Source of the DNA: Thermotogota bacterium
GTDB lineage: Bacteria > Thermotogota > Thermotogae > Petrotogales > Petrotogaceae
Assembly (NCBI GenBank): GCA_051748045.1
Contig: JBNJGY010000010.1
Coordinates: 1 to 50,914 of the forward strand
Reading direction: 5' to 3'
Length of the DNA stretch: 50,914 nucleotides
A program made the translations under genes and the position numbers. The notes under the pieces are model-generated. The model was given only the letters and a program-made list of their open reading frames with translations. It was not told the origin of the DNA and made no database searches. Shown here in pieces: positions 28,304 through 36,307 of the stretch. Each line of letters starts with the position of its first letter. The first letter of the stretch is position 1.

Positions 28304-29092
28304 TTATCTAAGTGCAATATTTTCTTCTTCACTAGATTGAGTTGTATAATTATCTTTGTCAGCTGGAATGACCATTCCAAAACCTTGAGCATTTTTTGCT
28401 CCCAAACCAGAATTTAGAGTTAACTTAATTAATTCTTTATCTCCTTTTAATTTAAAATAACCAGTCCAACCTTTGATTATAATTCCTTTATAGAATAACA
28501 ATTTTTCATTTTTTTCAGTTATACCATAGGGCTCTATAGTAATTGATTTTCCATCAGTACGAATACCTAATGCATTTGCTTTTCTTTTTAAATTATCTTC
28601 GACTAGTTTTTTAAAATCTGTAGAATATGGTGAAAAATAATGAGTATATCTATTCCCATTTGGTAGAACAATAGTTGAATAAGTAGTTATAGGAGACAAT
28701 GTTTTTACTAGTAAAGAATCATCAGAATTCTCTATAACCATTTCAGTCTTTTTTAAAGTAAAATAATTTTTTTCAACTCTGAAAATATCTTCAGATTCAA
28801 TAGATTTAAAAATTGCATCTATAATTTCTTGCATAGGTGATGCAAAATAAACTATAAAAGAACCATTGAATTTCATTCTTTTATGCTCTACTTTGAAAGA
28901 ACTCAAAGGATAAATTCTTGAAAATGTAAAAAGTTTAAGTTTTTTATTGTCAATAATTGTTCCATCATCATGATAATCTGGAATAGCATCTGACATTAGA
29001 TTATAGAACATACCCTGTAAAGGCCTATTATAATGAACTGGTAAATCAACAATTTCATCTTGAACAGGCTTAAATTCCAATTTTAATACCAT
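28304..29092 (-). CDS. cas6: CRISPR-associated endoribonuclease Cas6, stand-alone
   Basis: LPVHYN..LQG..Y, HDDG, KLFTFS, TLSPI, G-rich loop GLGAKNAQGFG. Confidence 0.92.
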   Translation of the reverse strand: MVLKLEFKPVQDEIVDLPVHYNRPLQGMFYNLMSDAIPDYHDDGTIIDNKKLKLFTFSRIYPLSSFKVEHKRMKFNGSFIVYFASPMQEIIDAIFKSIESEDIFRVEKNYFTLKKTEMVIENSDDSLLVKTLSPITTYSTIVLPNGNRYTHYFSPYSTDFKKLVEDNLKRKANALGIRTDGKSITIEPYGITEKNEKLLFYKGIIIKGWTGYFKLKGDKELIKLTLNSGLGAKNAQGFGMVIPADKDNYTTQSSEEENIALR

Positions 29093-29200
29093 TTAAATCC
29101 CCCCAAACAAAATATCTGTACATTAAATATATATTTAATAATAGCACAATTATTATATCAAAAACAAACATATAATAAAACTATATATATAAATTAAAAA

Positions 29201-29223
29201 TAAACCCGGTAATACCGGGTTTA
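29201..29223. terminator. Terminator after the sugar ABC ATPase gene
   Basis: TAAACCCGGT-aat-ACCGGGTTTA with a minus-strand T run. Confidence 0.8.
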
Positions 29224-29240
29224 ATTAAAAATGAAGTTGA

Positions 29241-30353
29241 TTAAAATATTGCTTCTTCTGTTTCTTTATCAAAAGCATGCATAGCATTCATATCAAATAC
29301 TAATTCCATATCTTGCATAGCTTCTGCTTCGGTTCTTGGTGTAACTTTAGCAGTAAATGTTTGGTCTGCTATTTTTGCATGTAATAATGTTTCTGCACCT
29401 AATGGTTCAACTACTTCTATTTTTGTTTTTAATACATTTCCTTCATGAGCAGCCCCTTCTTTTTCTTCATAAAAAGCTTTATCATATATATCCTCAGGTC
29501 TTATACCAAATAAAAGTTCTTTATCTATATAATCTTCAAAATGTTTTTCATATTTTTCTGGTACTTCCAAGTTTATACCTTCATGTTTAAGCCATATTCC
29601 ATTTTCTTTTACAACTTTTACATTCATGAAATTCATAGCAGGAGTTCCTATGAAACCAGCTACAAATACATTTCTTGGTTGATGGTAAACTTCATTTGGA
29701 CTGCCTATTTGTTGTACCCAACCGTCTTTAAGAATAACTATTTTATCTGCCATTGTCATAGCTTCAACTTGGTCATGAGTAACATAAGCTATAGTCGCAT
29801 TTAATCTTAAATGTAATTTTTTAAGCTCAGCCCTCATTTGGACTCTTAGTTTCGCATCCAAATTTGAAAGAGGTTCATCAAATAAGAATACTTTAGGATC
29901 TCTTACAATAGCTCTACCAACAGCAACTCTTTGTCTTTGTCCACCGGATAGTTGCTTAGGTTTATTTTCTAATAAATGTTCAATATCTAAAATCTTAGCG
30001 GCGTTTCTAACTCTTTGATCAATTTCATCTTTTGGCATTTTTCTTAGTTTTAAACCGAAAGCCATATTATCATAAACTGACATATGTGGATATAAAGCGT
30101 AATTTTGGAAAACCATGGCAATATCTCTATCTTTTGGTTCAACATCATTTATAACTTTATCGTCAATTTTAATAGTACCTTTTGAAATATCTTCTAATCC
30201 AGCGATCATTCTTAATGTAGTAGTTTTCCCACAACCAGATGGACCTAATAAAACAACAAACTCTTGGTCTTTAATAGTAAAATCACAGTCTTTTACCGCA
30301 TGAAATCCATTTGGGTAAATTTTATTTACTTTAGATAATAATACGTCTCCCAT
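29241..30353 (-). CDS. Sugar ABC transporter ATP-binding protein (MsmX/MalK/UgpC family)
   Basis: GPSGCGKTT, MVFQNYALYPHM, LSGGQRQR, FDEPLSNLD, FVAGFIG, C-terminal TOBE domain; no permease nearby. Confidence 0.95.
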   Translation of the reverse strand: MGDVLLSKVNKIYPNGFHAVKDCDFTIKDQEFVVLLGPSGCGKTTTLRMIAGLEDISKGTIKIDDKVINDVEPKDRDIAMVFQNYALYPHMSVYDNMAFGLKLRKMPKDEIDQRVRNAAKILDIEHLLENKPKQLSGGQRQRVAVGRAIVRDPKVFLFDEPLSNLDAKLRVQMRAELKKLHLRLNATIAYVTHDQVEAMTMADKIVILKDGWVQQIGSPNEVYHQPRNVFVAGFIGTPAMNFMNVKVVKENGIWLKHEGINLEVPEKYEKHFEDYIDKELLFGIRPEDIYDKAFYEEKEGAAHEGNVLKTKIEVVEPLGAETLLHAKIADQTFTAKVTPRTEAEAMQDMELVFDMNAMHAFDKETEEAIF

Positions 30354-30368
30354 TTTTGCACCTCCGAG

Positions 30369-30623
30369 TTATAAATCAAAATCTTTAAAAAACTTTTTGA
30401 AATTTTTATATTCTTCAATATCATCTATCTCTAATAAAGATAGATCTTTTATTTCATCTATAAACTTTAATATATTATTGTATTTTTCATAATTAACTAA
30501 CATCGCTTCAGGCTTTCCATTTTTAGTAATTATAATATCCGATTTCTTAGAATTTTCAATAACTTCTGAAAACTTTGCTTTTGCTTGAGCAATACTATAA
30601 AAATTAATTTCATCTAAGTTCAT
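30369..30623 (-). CDS. Phd/YefM family antitoxin-like protein, orphan
   Basis: YSIAQAKAKFSEVIE...IIITKNGKPEAMLVNYEKY; acidic C-terminus. Confidence 0.88.
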   Translation of the reverse strand: MNLDEINFYSIAQAKAKFSEVIENSKKSDIIITKNGKPEAMLVNYEKYNNILKFIDEIKDLSLLEIDDIEEYKNFKKFFKDFDL

Positions 30624-30634
30624 ATACCCACCCC

Positions 30635-30672
30635 TTGACTATAATTATAGTCAAAATAATCATTAATGTCAA
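30635..30672 (-). promoter_or_regulatory. Consensus sigma70 promoter with a 20-bp perfect palindromic operator
   Basis: Minus strand TTGACA(30672-30667)-N17-TATAAT(30649-30644); TTGACTATAATTATAGTCAA at 30635..30654. Confidence 0.85.
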
Positions 30673-30748
30673 ATAAATGATTTAAGCATGAAATTTAGAA
30701 ATATATTAATAATTAATAATAATAACACATAAATCAAAATAATTGAGG

Positions 30749-31099
30749 TTATCCACTTTTATCTATTTTTTTTCTTCTTAATCCTTCTTGCACATTATAA
30801 TATCCTTTTTTAATTGCATTTTTACCTTTCTGGATATTCATTTGATCATTTTTTAAATTATTCATTTTCTTTTCAATTAGCTCTTTTCTAGCTTTGTCTT
30901 TATTTATTATTTCTTCTAATTTTTCTTTTACTTTTTCCATATCAAAAAAGTTTTCTAATTTTTTAAATGTTTTCATTCTTGAATCCATTAAAGAATTATA
31001 TTTGATAAAATCTTCATTTTCTATTGCATCATCTAGATTATTTTCTATTAAGTCAAGTTCTGATATAATTAAATCTATTTCTTTATTTAGTTCATCCAT
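30749..31099 (-). CDS. Helical hypothetical protein, FliT-like flagellar chaperone
   Basis: 116 aa, all-helical; AIENEDFIKYNSLMDSR and C-terminal KGY..IDK pattern resemble FliT. Confidence 0.4.
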   Translation of the reverse strand: MDELNKEIDLIISELDLIENNLDDAIENEDFIKYNSLMDSRMKTFKKLENFFDMEKVKEKLEEIINKDKARKELIEKKMNNLKNDQMNIQKGKNAIKKGYYNVQEGLRRKKIDKSG

Positions 31100-32435
31100 T
31101 TCTATTCACCTTCTTTCTGTCTCTGAGATAATTTTTAACATCCTCAAGTTCTTTTTTAGAAATTCCTTCTTTCCACCAATATGGTATATATGTGTTATTC
31201 AATAAAAGAGGATCTGTATCACTAGGCAAAAGACCTTGTTTGATTAATTGAACATAATCTTTTGTTCCAGGTATAGGAGTATATTCATTAATATTTGCGT
31301 TAATTCCAAGTTCTAGACAAAAATCAATGGCCTCATATAACTCTTCAATTTCTTGACCAGGAAGATTAGAAATTATATATGCTCCAATATTATCCAGATC
31401 AATTCCAGAGTTTTTGAAACATTTAACAGCATTAATTAAATCAATATTAGTTACTTTGTTACCTGTTTTTTTCTGCATTTCAGGATTTGAAGTTTCATAT
31501 CCAAGTTTTATTATTTTAAATCCAGATAATTTTAACTGATCTGAAATAGATTGATTGATTATATGGGCATGTATTCCATTAGGTAGATGATAATTTACAT
31601 TGAAATTTTCTAGCATCTTTAGCATCTCTTTTAAATTTGGTCTTAGAAGAAATGCATCATCAAAAAATACAATGTCTTTTATTTGAGGATGTTTTGCTAA
31701 TATATTTGATAATTCTCTTTCTATACTATATATTGTTTTATACTTAAATTTCCACATATTTGGAGTTGAACAATAACTACAGTTATATGGACACCCTATA
31801 GAATTCAATATAACTGCGTATGGAATTTTATTATTATATTCAGAATAATCTAATAAAATATTTTCAAACCAATCATATTCTTCAATATCTTTTTCTTCAT
31901 AATATCTTAAAATCTTATTTATTGCTTGTATTCCCGTTCCGTTAATAATATTTACGTTATACTTAGAAAAAATATTTCTAGAATGTTTTGGATATAAGTT
32001 TGAATATATACCTCCCATGAAAATTGGAGTCTCTGGGAAAAATTCTCTAATAGTTTCAATAGTTTTTAACCCACCATAATACCAATAGGTTAAAGTTACA
32101 CCTGTGATAATCCCATCAATATTTTGAATTTCTTTTAGTTTTTCTTTTAATAGTTCTTTAGGTATCCCATAACGTTTGAATTTTCTATCTATAAAATTTA
32201 TCAAAGAAGGCATTTTTACTTTCTCTGTGTAAAATTTACCAGTACCATAGTATTTGTCTCTTGGTATTGTATATTTTTCTATACCTTCCATGTACCTATC
32301 TAAATTGTCTATGAATATAATTTCATGCCCTTGTTTTTTTAATATTTTTGAAATATAAAGCAATCCTAAAGGTTTAAGCCAGAAATCATAAGCTGCAGAA
32401 TCATAAATCCAAGGATTGATTACTAGAAATTTCAA
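31092..32435 (-). CDS. B12-binding-domain radical SAM protein
   Basis: PLGLLYI and MGGIY cobalamin-type domain; GCPYNCSYC; FFDDAF. Confidence 0.85.
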   Translation of the reverse strand: MKFLVINPWIYDSAAYDFWLKPLGLLYISKILKKQGHEIIFIDNLDRYMEGIEKYTIPRDKYYGTGKFYTEKVKMPSLINFIDRKFKRYGIPKELLKEKLKEIQNIDGIITGVTLTYWYYGGLKTIETIREFFPETPIFMGGIYSNLYPKHSRNIFSKYNVNIINGTGIQAINKILRYYEEKDIEEYDWFENILLDYSEYNNKIPYAVILNSIGCPYNCSYCSTPNMWKFKYKTIYSIERELSNILAKHPQIKDIVFFDDAFLLRPNLKEMLKMLENFNVNYHLPNGIHAHIINQSISDQLKLSGFKIIKLGYETSNPEMQKKTGNKVTNIDLINAVKCFKNSGIDLDNIGAYIISNLPGQEIEELYEAIDFCLELGINANINEYTPIPGTKDYVQLIKQGLLPSDTDPLLLNNTYIPYWWKEGISKKELEDVKNYLRDRKKVNRNG

Positions 32436-33217
32436 TTATCATCACCCAGTTCATCTAAAAGAAAATAATATAATCCTTTCAAAGTTAAATTTGAATCGTA
32501 ATTATCAAAAATCCAAGATTTATTTTTTAATGATTTTGCCATACCTCCAGTAGTAACTATTTTGTATTTATCATTATCCTCTGATTGGATTTCTTCAATT
32601 AATTTTTCTAAACCATATATAGTTAATTTAATTATCCCAATTTGTAAATTGTCTATAGTATTAATACCTTTATTATAATCAGGAATATCGAGTTCTATTT
32701 GAGGTAATCTAGCTGTATTAGAAAAAAGAGCTAACATAGATGTTTTGAAACCTGGAGAAATTGAACCGCCTACAAAATCTCCTTCTTCTACAATATCTAC
32801 TGTAATAGCAGTTCCAAAATCAATTGCAATAACATTTTTACCATAATCTTTTCTTGAAGCGATTACATTAGCTATTCTATCTGGTCCTATTTCATGTGGA
32901 TATTCAGCTTTATATTTAATATTGAAAACATTTTTAGTATGATCTAAAAAATATGTACTACAATTAAAATATTTTTCTCCCATTTTTTTAATCATATAAT
33001 TCATACTTGGGACAACTGAAGCAACAGCAATAGAATTTATTTCTTTAGTATTAATCTCATTTATTGTTAGTAAATTGTATAAATGAGAAAAAAGTTCATC
33101 TTCAGTTTCAAAAGTATTAGTTCCAATTCTTATAGTTTTTATTTGTTCAAAACCAGTAATTTCTTTGATAATGCCTATAACCATATTAGTATTTCCAACA
33201 TCTATTAATAAAAACAT
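32432..33217 (-). CDS. coaX: Type III pantothenate kinase
   Basis: IDVGNTN, SVVP, GPDR, IDFGTAIT, TARLP, TGG. Confidence 0.93.
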   Translation of the reverse strand: MFLLIDVGNTNMVIGIIKEITGFEQIKTIRIGTNTFETEDELFSHLYNLLTINEINTKEINSIAVASVVPSMNYMIKKMGEKYFNCSTYFLDHTKNVFNIKYKAEYPHEIGPDRIANVIASRKDYGKNVIAIDFGTAITVDIVEEGDFVGGSISPGFKTSMLALFSNTARLPQIELDIPDYNKGINTIDNLQIGIIKLTIYGLEKLIEEIQSEDNDKYKIVTTGGMAKSLKNKSWIFDNYDSNLTLKGLYYFLLDELGDDN

Positions 33218-33236
33218 ATTTTCCTCCATCTCTTAA

Positions 33237-34235
33237 TCAAATTATTTTATTTGCTGCTTTTCTTAATCTATTCATAATAGCAATTCCTATTCCTTTATCT
33301 TCAATTGGTTGAACTACGATGTTTTTATATTTTTTATCGTATTTTCTTAACATATAAAATAGATTAACTCCAAATTCATAATAATTATTATCATTAGCTA
33401 TTATTTCATATGTATAGTTTTTCTTTTTAAAGAATTCTTCCTGTGATTTTAAAATAAGAAAAATTGGATTTTCTATCTCATCAATTTTACTAATATTTTC
33501 CATAATTAAAACATCACTATCTGGAGCATAATGTCTGTATTTCATTCCTGGGGCGATAGCTATGTCTGCTTCCTTGTTTCCATAAATAAAACTTGGAATC
33601 TTTATTTCTCCAAATATTTCTTTTAACTTTTCTGGTGGGATTGGACCTGGCCTCAATAATGTAGGTATTTCTTCTGTTAGATTTATAATAGTGGACTCTA
33701 TACCAAATTCTAATTTTCCAGAGACCAAGATATAATCGACCTTATCTTTCATATCTTCTATAACATGTTCTGGATATGTAGGTGAAGGTTTTCCCGATAT
33801 ATTTGCAGATGGAGCAGCAATAGGAAGATTAGATGCTTCTATGAGCTTGTTAGAAATTGGATGAGCAGGAATTCTAATTGCTACAGTTTCTCTTCCTGCA
33901 GTTATATCATATGGCACAATATTTTTTTTGTTTAAAACAAAAGTGATTGGACCTGGTACCAAAGTTTCTATTTTTTCATACATATCAAATGGTAAGTAAC
34001 AATATTGTAAAACATCTTCTAATTTGGAAAAATGAAGAATCAATGGATTATCAGAAGGTCTGCCTTTTGCTTTATATATTTTTTTAACAGCGTTTGCTGA
34101 AAGCCCATTAGCCCCCAATCCATAAACTGTTTCTGTGGGGAATATAACAGTTTTATCATTCTTTAAAGCATTAGCAGCTTCAAAAATCTTATTTAAATCA
34201 ATATTTGAAATATTTAGTTCATATATTTTACTCAT
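33237..34235 (-). CDS. sua5: L-threonylcarbamoyladenylate synthase (Sua5/TsaC)
   Basis: PTETVYGLG, KGRPSDNPLI, APSANISG, APGMKYRHYAP. Confidence 0.95.
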   Translation of the reverse strand: MSKIYELNISNIDLNKIFEAANALKNDKTVIFPTETVYGLGANGLSANAVKKIYKAKGRPSDNPLILHFSKLEDVLQYCYLPFDMYEKIETLVPGPITFVLNKKNIVPYDITAGRETVAIRIPAHPISNKLIEASNLPIAAPSANISGKPSPTYPEHVIEDMKDKVDYILVSGKLEFGIESTIINLTEEIPTLLRPGPIPPEKLKEIFGEIKIPSFIYGNKEADIAIAPGMKYRHYAPDSDVLIMENISKIDEIENPIFLILKSQEEFFKKKNYTYEIIANDNNYYEFGVNLFYMLRKYDKKYKNIVVQPIEDKGIGIAIMNRLRKAANKII

Positions 34236-34337
34236 TTTATACCTTCTTTCTTTTATTGTTTTATTATATTTTAACAGATTTAAAAAACAAAAATATGAAA
34301 TTTTATTTTAAATAAAAAAATTGTTTTTAATAAAACA

Positions 34338-34444
34338 AGAAATAAATTTCATTATATACATCTTATTGCTTTAGAAGTATCATAAACCTATTAAATCAAG
34401 TTTGAAAAATATTTCATAAATGATAAAATTTTCATATATGAAAA
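34338..34444 (+). promoter_or_regulatory. Repeated TGAAA-N4-TTTCA-like boxes and a 16-bp palindrome upstream of glnA
   Basis: AGAAATAAATTTCA 34338, TGAAAAATATTTCA 34403, TGATAAAATTTTCA 34421, TTTTCATATATGAAAA 34429..34444. Confidence 0.45.
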
Positions 34445-34462
34445 AGTTTTAGGAGGGATTAT

Positions 34463-35821
34463 ATGAACTTAAGAAAGTATGATGGAGATTTATCCAGTGT
34501 AGACTTTTTAGATATGATGATGATCGATATATCAGGTAACATGAGACATGTATCACTTGCAAAAAGTTATATTACCGACAAAACTTTTGAAGAAGGAATA
34601 GGATTTGACGCTTCAAATTTAGGTTTTGCAAAAGTAACTAAATCAGACATGGTTGCTGTACCTGATATGGATAAAGCTTTTATTGAAGAAAAGGATGGAT
34701 TTAAAATACTTCATGTTTTTTGTGATGTAGTTGATCCCTTTGATAATGAAAGAGTTTTTGAACAATATCCAAGAAACGTAGTTAAAAATACATGTAAATA
34801 TTTAAAAGATACTGGAATAGCAGATTCTGTTAAAATGCTTGTTGAATTAGAATTTCATGTTTTTGATGAAGTAAGATATTCTTCAGCTCATAATCATTCT
34901 TATTATTCTTTGAATTCTTCTGAAGGAATTGGAGAAACATTTGGTTCTTTACCTAGAATGCCTCATGATTCAGGTTATCATAAACTTTATCCAGAAGAAA
35001 AATATTTCACCTTTAGAAATAGTGTTGTAAGTGTATTAGAAGGATTAGATATACCTGTAAAGTATCATCATCATGAAGTAGGTATTGCTCAACTAGAAAT
35101 TGAATTGAATTTCATGAGTTTAGAAGATGTAGCTGATAACATAAGTATAGCAAAATGGGTTATTAAAAATATTGCAAATGAAATGGAATTATATGTAACT
35201 TTCATGCCTAAACCAATATATAAAATGCCTGGAAATGGTATGCATGTTCATCAATTCTTAGAAAAAGACGGAAAATCTCTTTTTATAGGAGATAAAGAAC
35301 ATGGTTTAAGTGATGTTGGGCTACATTATACATGTGGAATATTAGATCATGCATTATCTGGTTCTTTATTAGCATTTACTAATCCTAGTACAAATTCTTA
35401 TAAAAGATTAGTACCAGGCTTTGAAGCTCCTGTAAGTGCTACATATGCAAAAGGAAGTAGATCAGCTGCGGTTAGAATTCCTGGATATCTTAAAAAAGAT
35501 TCAGTAAGAATTGAATATAGAACTGGTGATGCAACATGTAATTTATATTATGCTTTATCAGCAATGGTTTTAGCTGGTATAGATGGTATATTAAATAAAT
35601 CAGATCCTAAAGCTAGAGGCTACAATTCAGCTGATAATATTGAAGAAAAAATATTCCCACTAGATTTAGACGCTGTTCTAGATGGATTAAAAAAAGATTT
35701 TGACTATTTAAATAAAGTCTTCCCAGAATCATTGATTGATGAATGGATTATTATTAAAAAGAAAGAAGCAAATTACGTTTATAATGCACCCACTCCTCAA
35801 GAGTATGAGCTATATTTCTAA
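34463..35821 (+). CDS. glnA: Glutamine synthetase family protein (type I)
   Basis: FDAS, ELEF, HHHEVG..QLEI, TFMPKP, GNGMHVHQ, NSYKRLVPGFEAP, RIEYR. Confidence 0.9.
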   Translation: MNLRKYDGDLSSVDFLDMMMIDISGNMRHVSLAKSYITDKTFEEGIGFDASNLGFAKVTKSDMVAVPDMDKAFIEEKDGFKILHVFCDVVDPFDNERVFEQYPRNVVKNTCKYLKDTGIADSVKMLVELEFHVFDEVRYSSAHNHSYYSLNSSEGIGETFGSLPRMPHDSGYHKLYPEEKYFTFRNSVVSVLEGLDIPVKYHHHEVGIAQLEIELNFMSLEDVADNISIAKWVIKNIANEMELYVTFMPKPIYKMPGNGMHVHQFLEKDGKSLFIGDKEHGLSDVGLHYTCGILDHALSGSLLAFTNPSTNSYKRLVPGFEAPVSATYAKGSRSAAVRIPGYLKKDSVRIEYRTGDATCNLYYALSAMVLAGIDGILNKSDPKARGYNSADNIEEKIFPLDLDAVLDGLKKDFDYLNKVFPESLIDEWIIIKKKEANYVYNAPTPQEYELYF

Positions 35822-35827
35822 AAAAGT

Positions 35828-35853
35828 AAGAGGACTGAAAATTCAGTCCTCTT
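35828..35853. terminator. Bidirectional terminator between glnA and fliJ
   Basis: AAGAGGACTGAA-aa-TTCAGTCCTCTT with flanking A/T runs. Confidence 0.82.
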
Positions 35854-36292
35854 CTTTTTTATTTATATACATTTTCTGAGCAATTTCATCTATTTCTTTA
35901 ATATCATTCTTTTTCATAGCAAAATCGAATTCTTCTTTTTTTCTTAATTTAAGCTTGTCCAAAATATCTTTATCCATTTTCTTTTTTAAATAATTATTCC
36001 TTGCTTTATCTTCCTCTAAAATAGCATTTTGATAAATCCGAACTTGTAAATCTCTTTTATTTTTTAGGGATTGTCTATATCTAATCATTTCTTGTATCTT
36101 TGCTGAAGTTATTTCTGATTTAAGATATTGATCAAAATGTTTATTGTATTCATTGATTTCTTTATTTATATTATTTAGTCTATTTTCTTCTATTAATCTT
36201 AGTTGAATCTTCTTTCCAAGTTCTTCTTTTGCACTTTCTTCCAATTTTTCTCTTAAATTTTGTACTTTTTGTAGAGAAAATTTAAATCTCAT
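35843..36292 (-). CDS. fliJ: Flagellar export protein FliJ
   Basis: FKFSLQKVQNLR..EE.AK..L N-terminus, coiled coil, K.LDKLK...IDE C-terminus, 149 aa. Confidence 0.82.
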   Translation of the reverse strand: MRFKFSLQKVQNLREKLEESAKEELGKKIQLRLIEENRLNNINKEINEYNKHFDQYLKSEITSAKIQEMIRYRQSLKNKRDLQVRIYQNAILEEDKARNNYLKKKMDKDILDKLKLRKKEEFDFAMKKNDIKEIDEIAQKMYINKKEED

Positions 36293-36307
36293 AAATATCG
36301 CCTTCTA

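Noticed and set aside
29122-29139. ATTAAATATATATTTAAT palindrome in the cas6 leader
   Set aside because: A/T only; not distinguishable from background.
27074-30750. CRISPR array or single repeat near cas6
   Set aside because: No regularly spaced repeats and no GTTT...GAAAC-type repeat seen in the flanking intergenic regions or elsewhere in the window.
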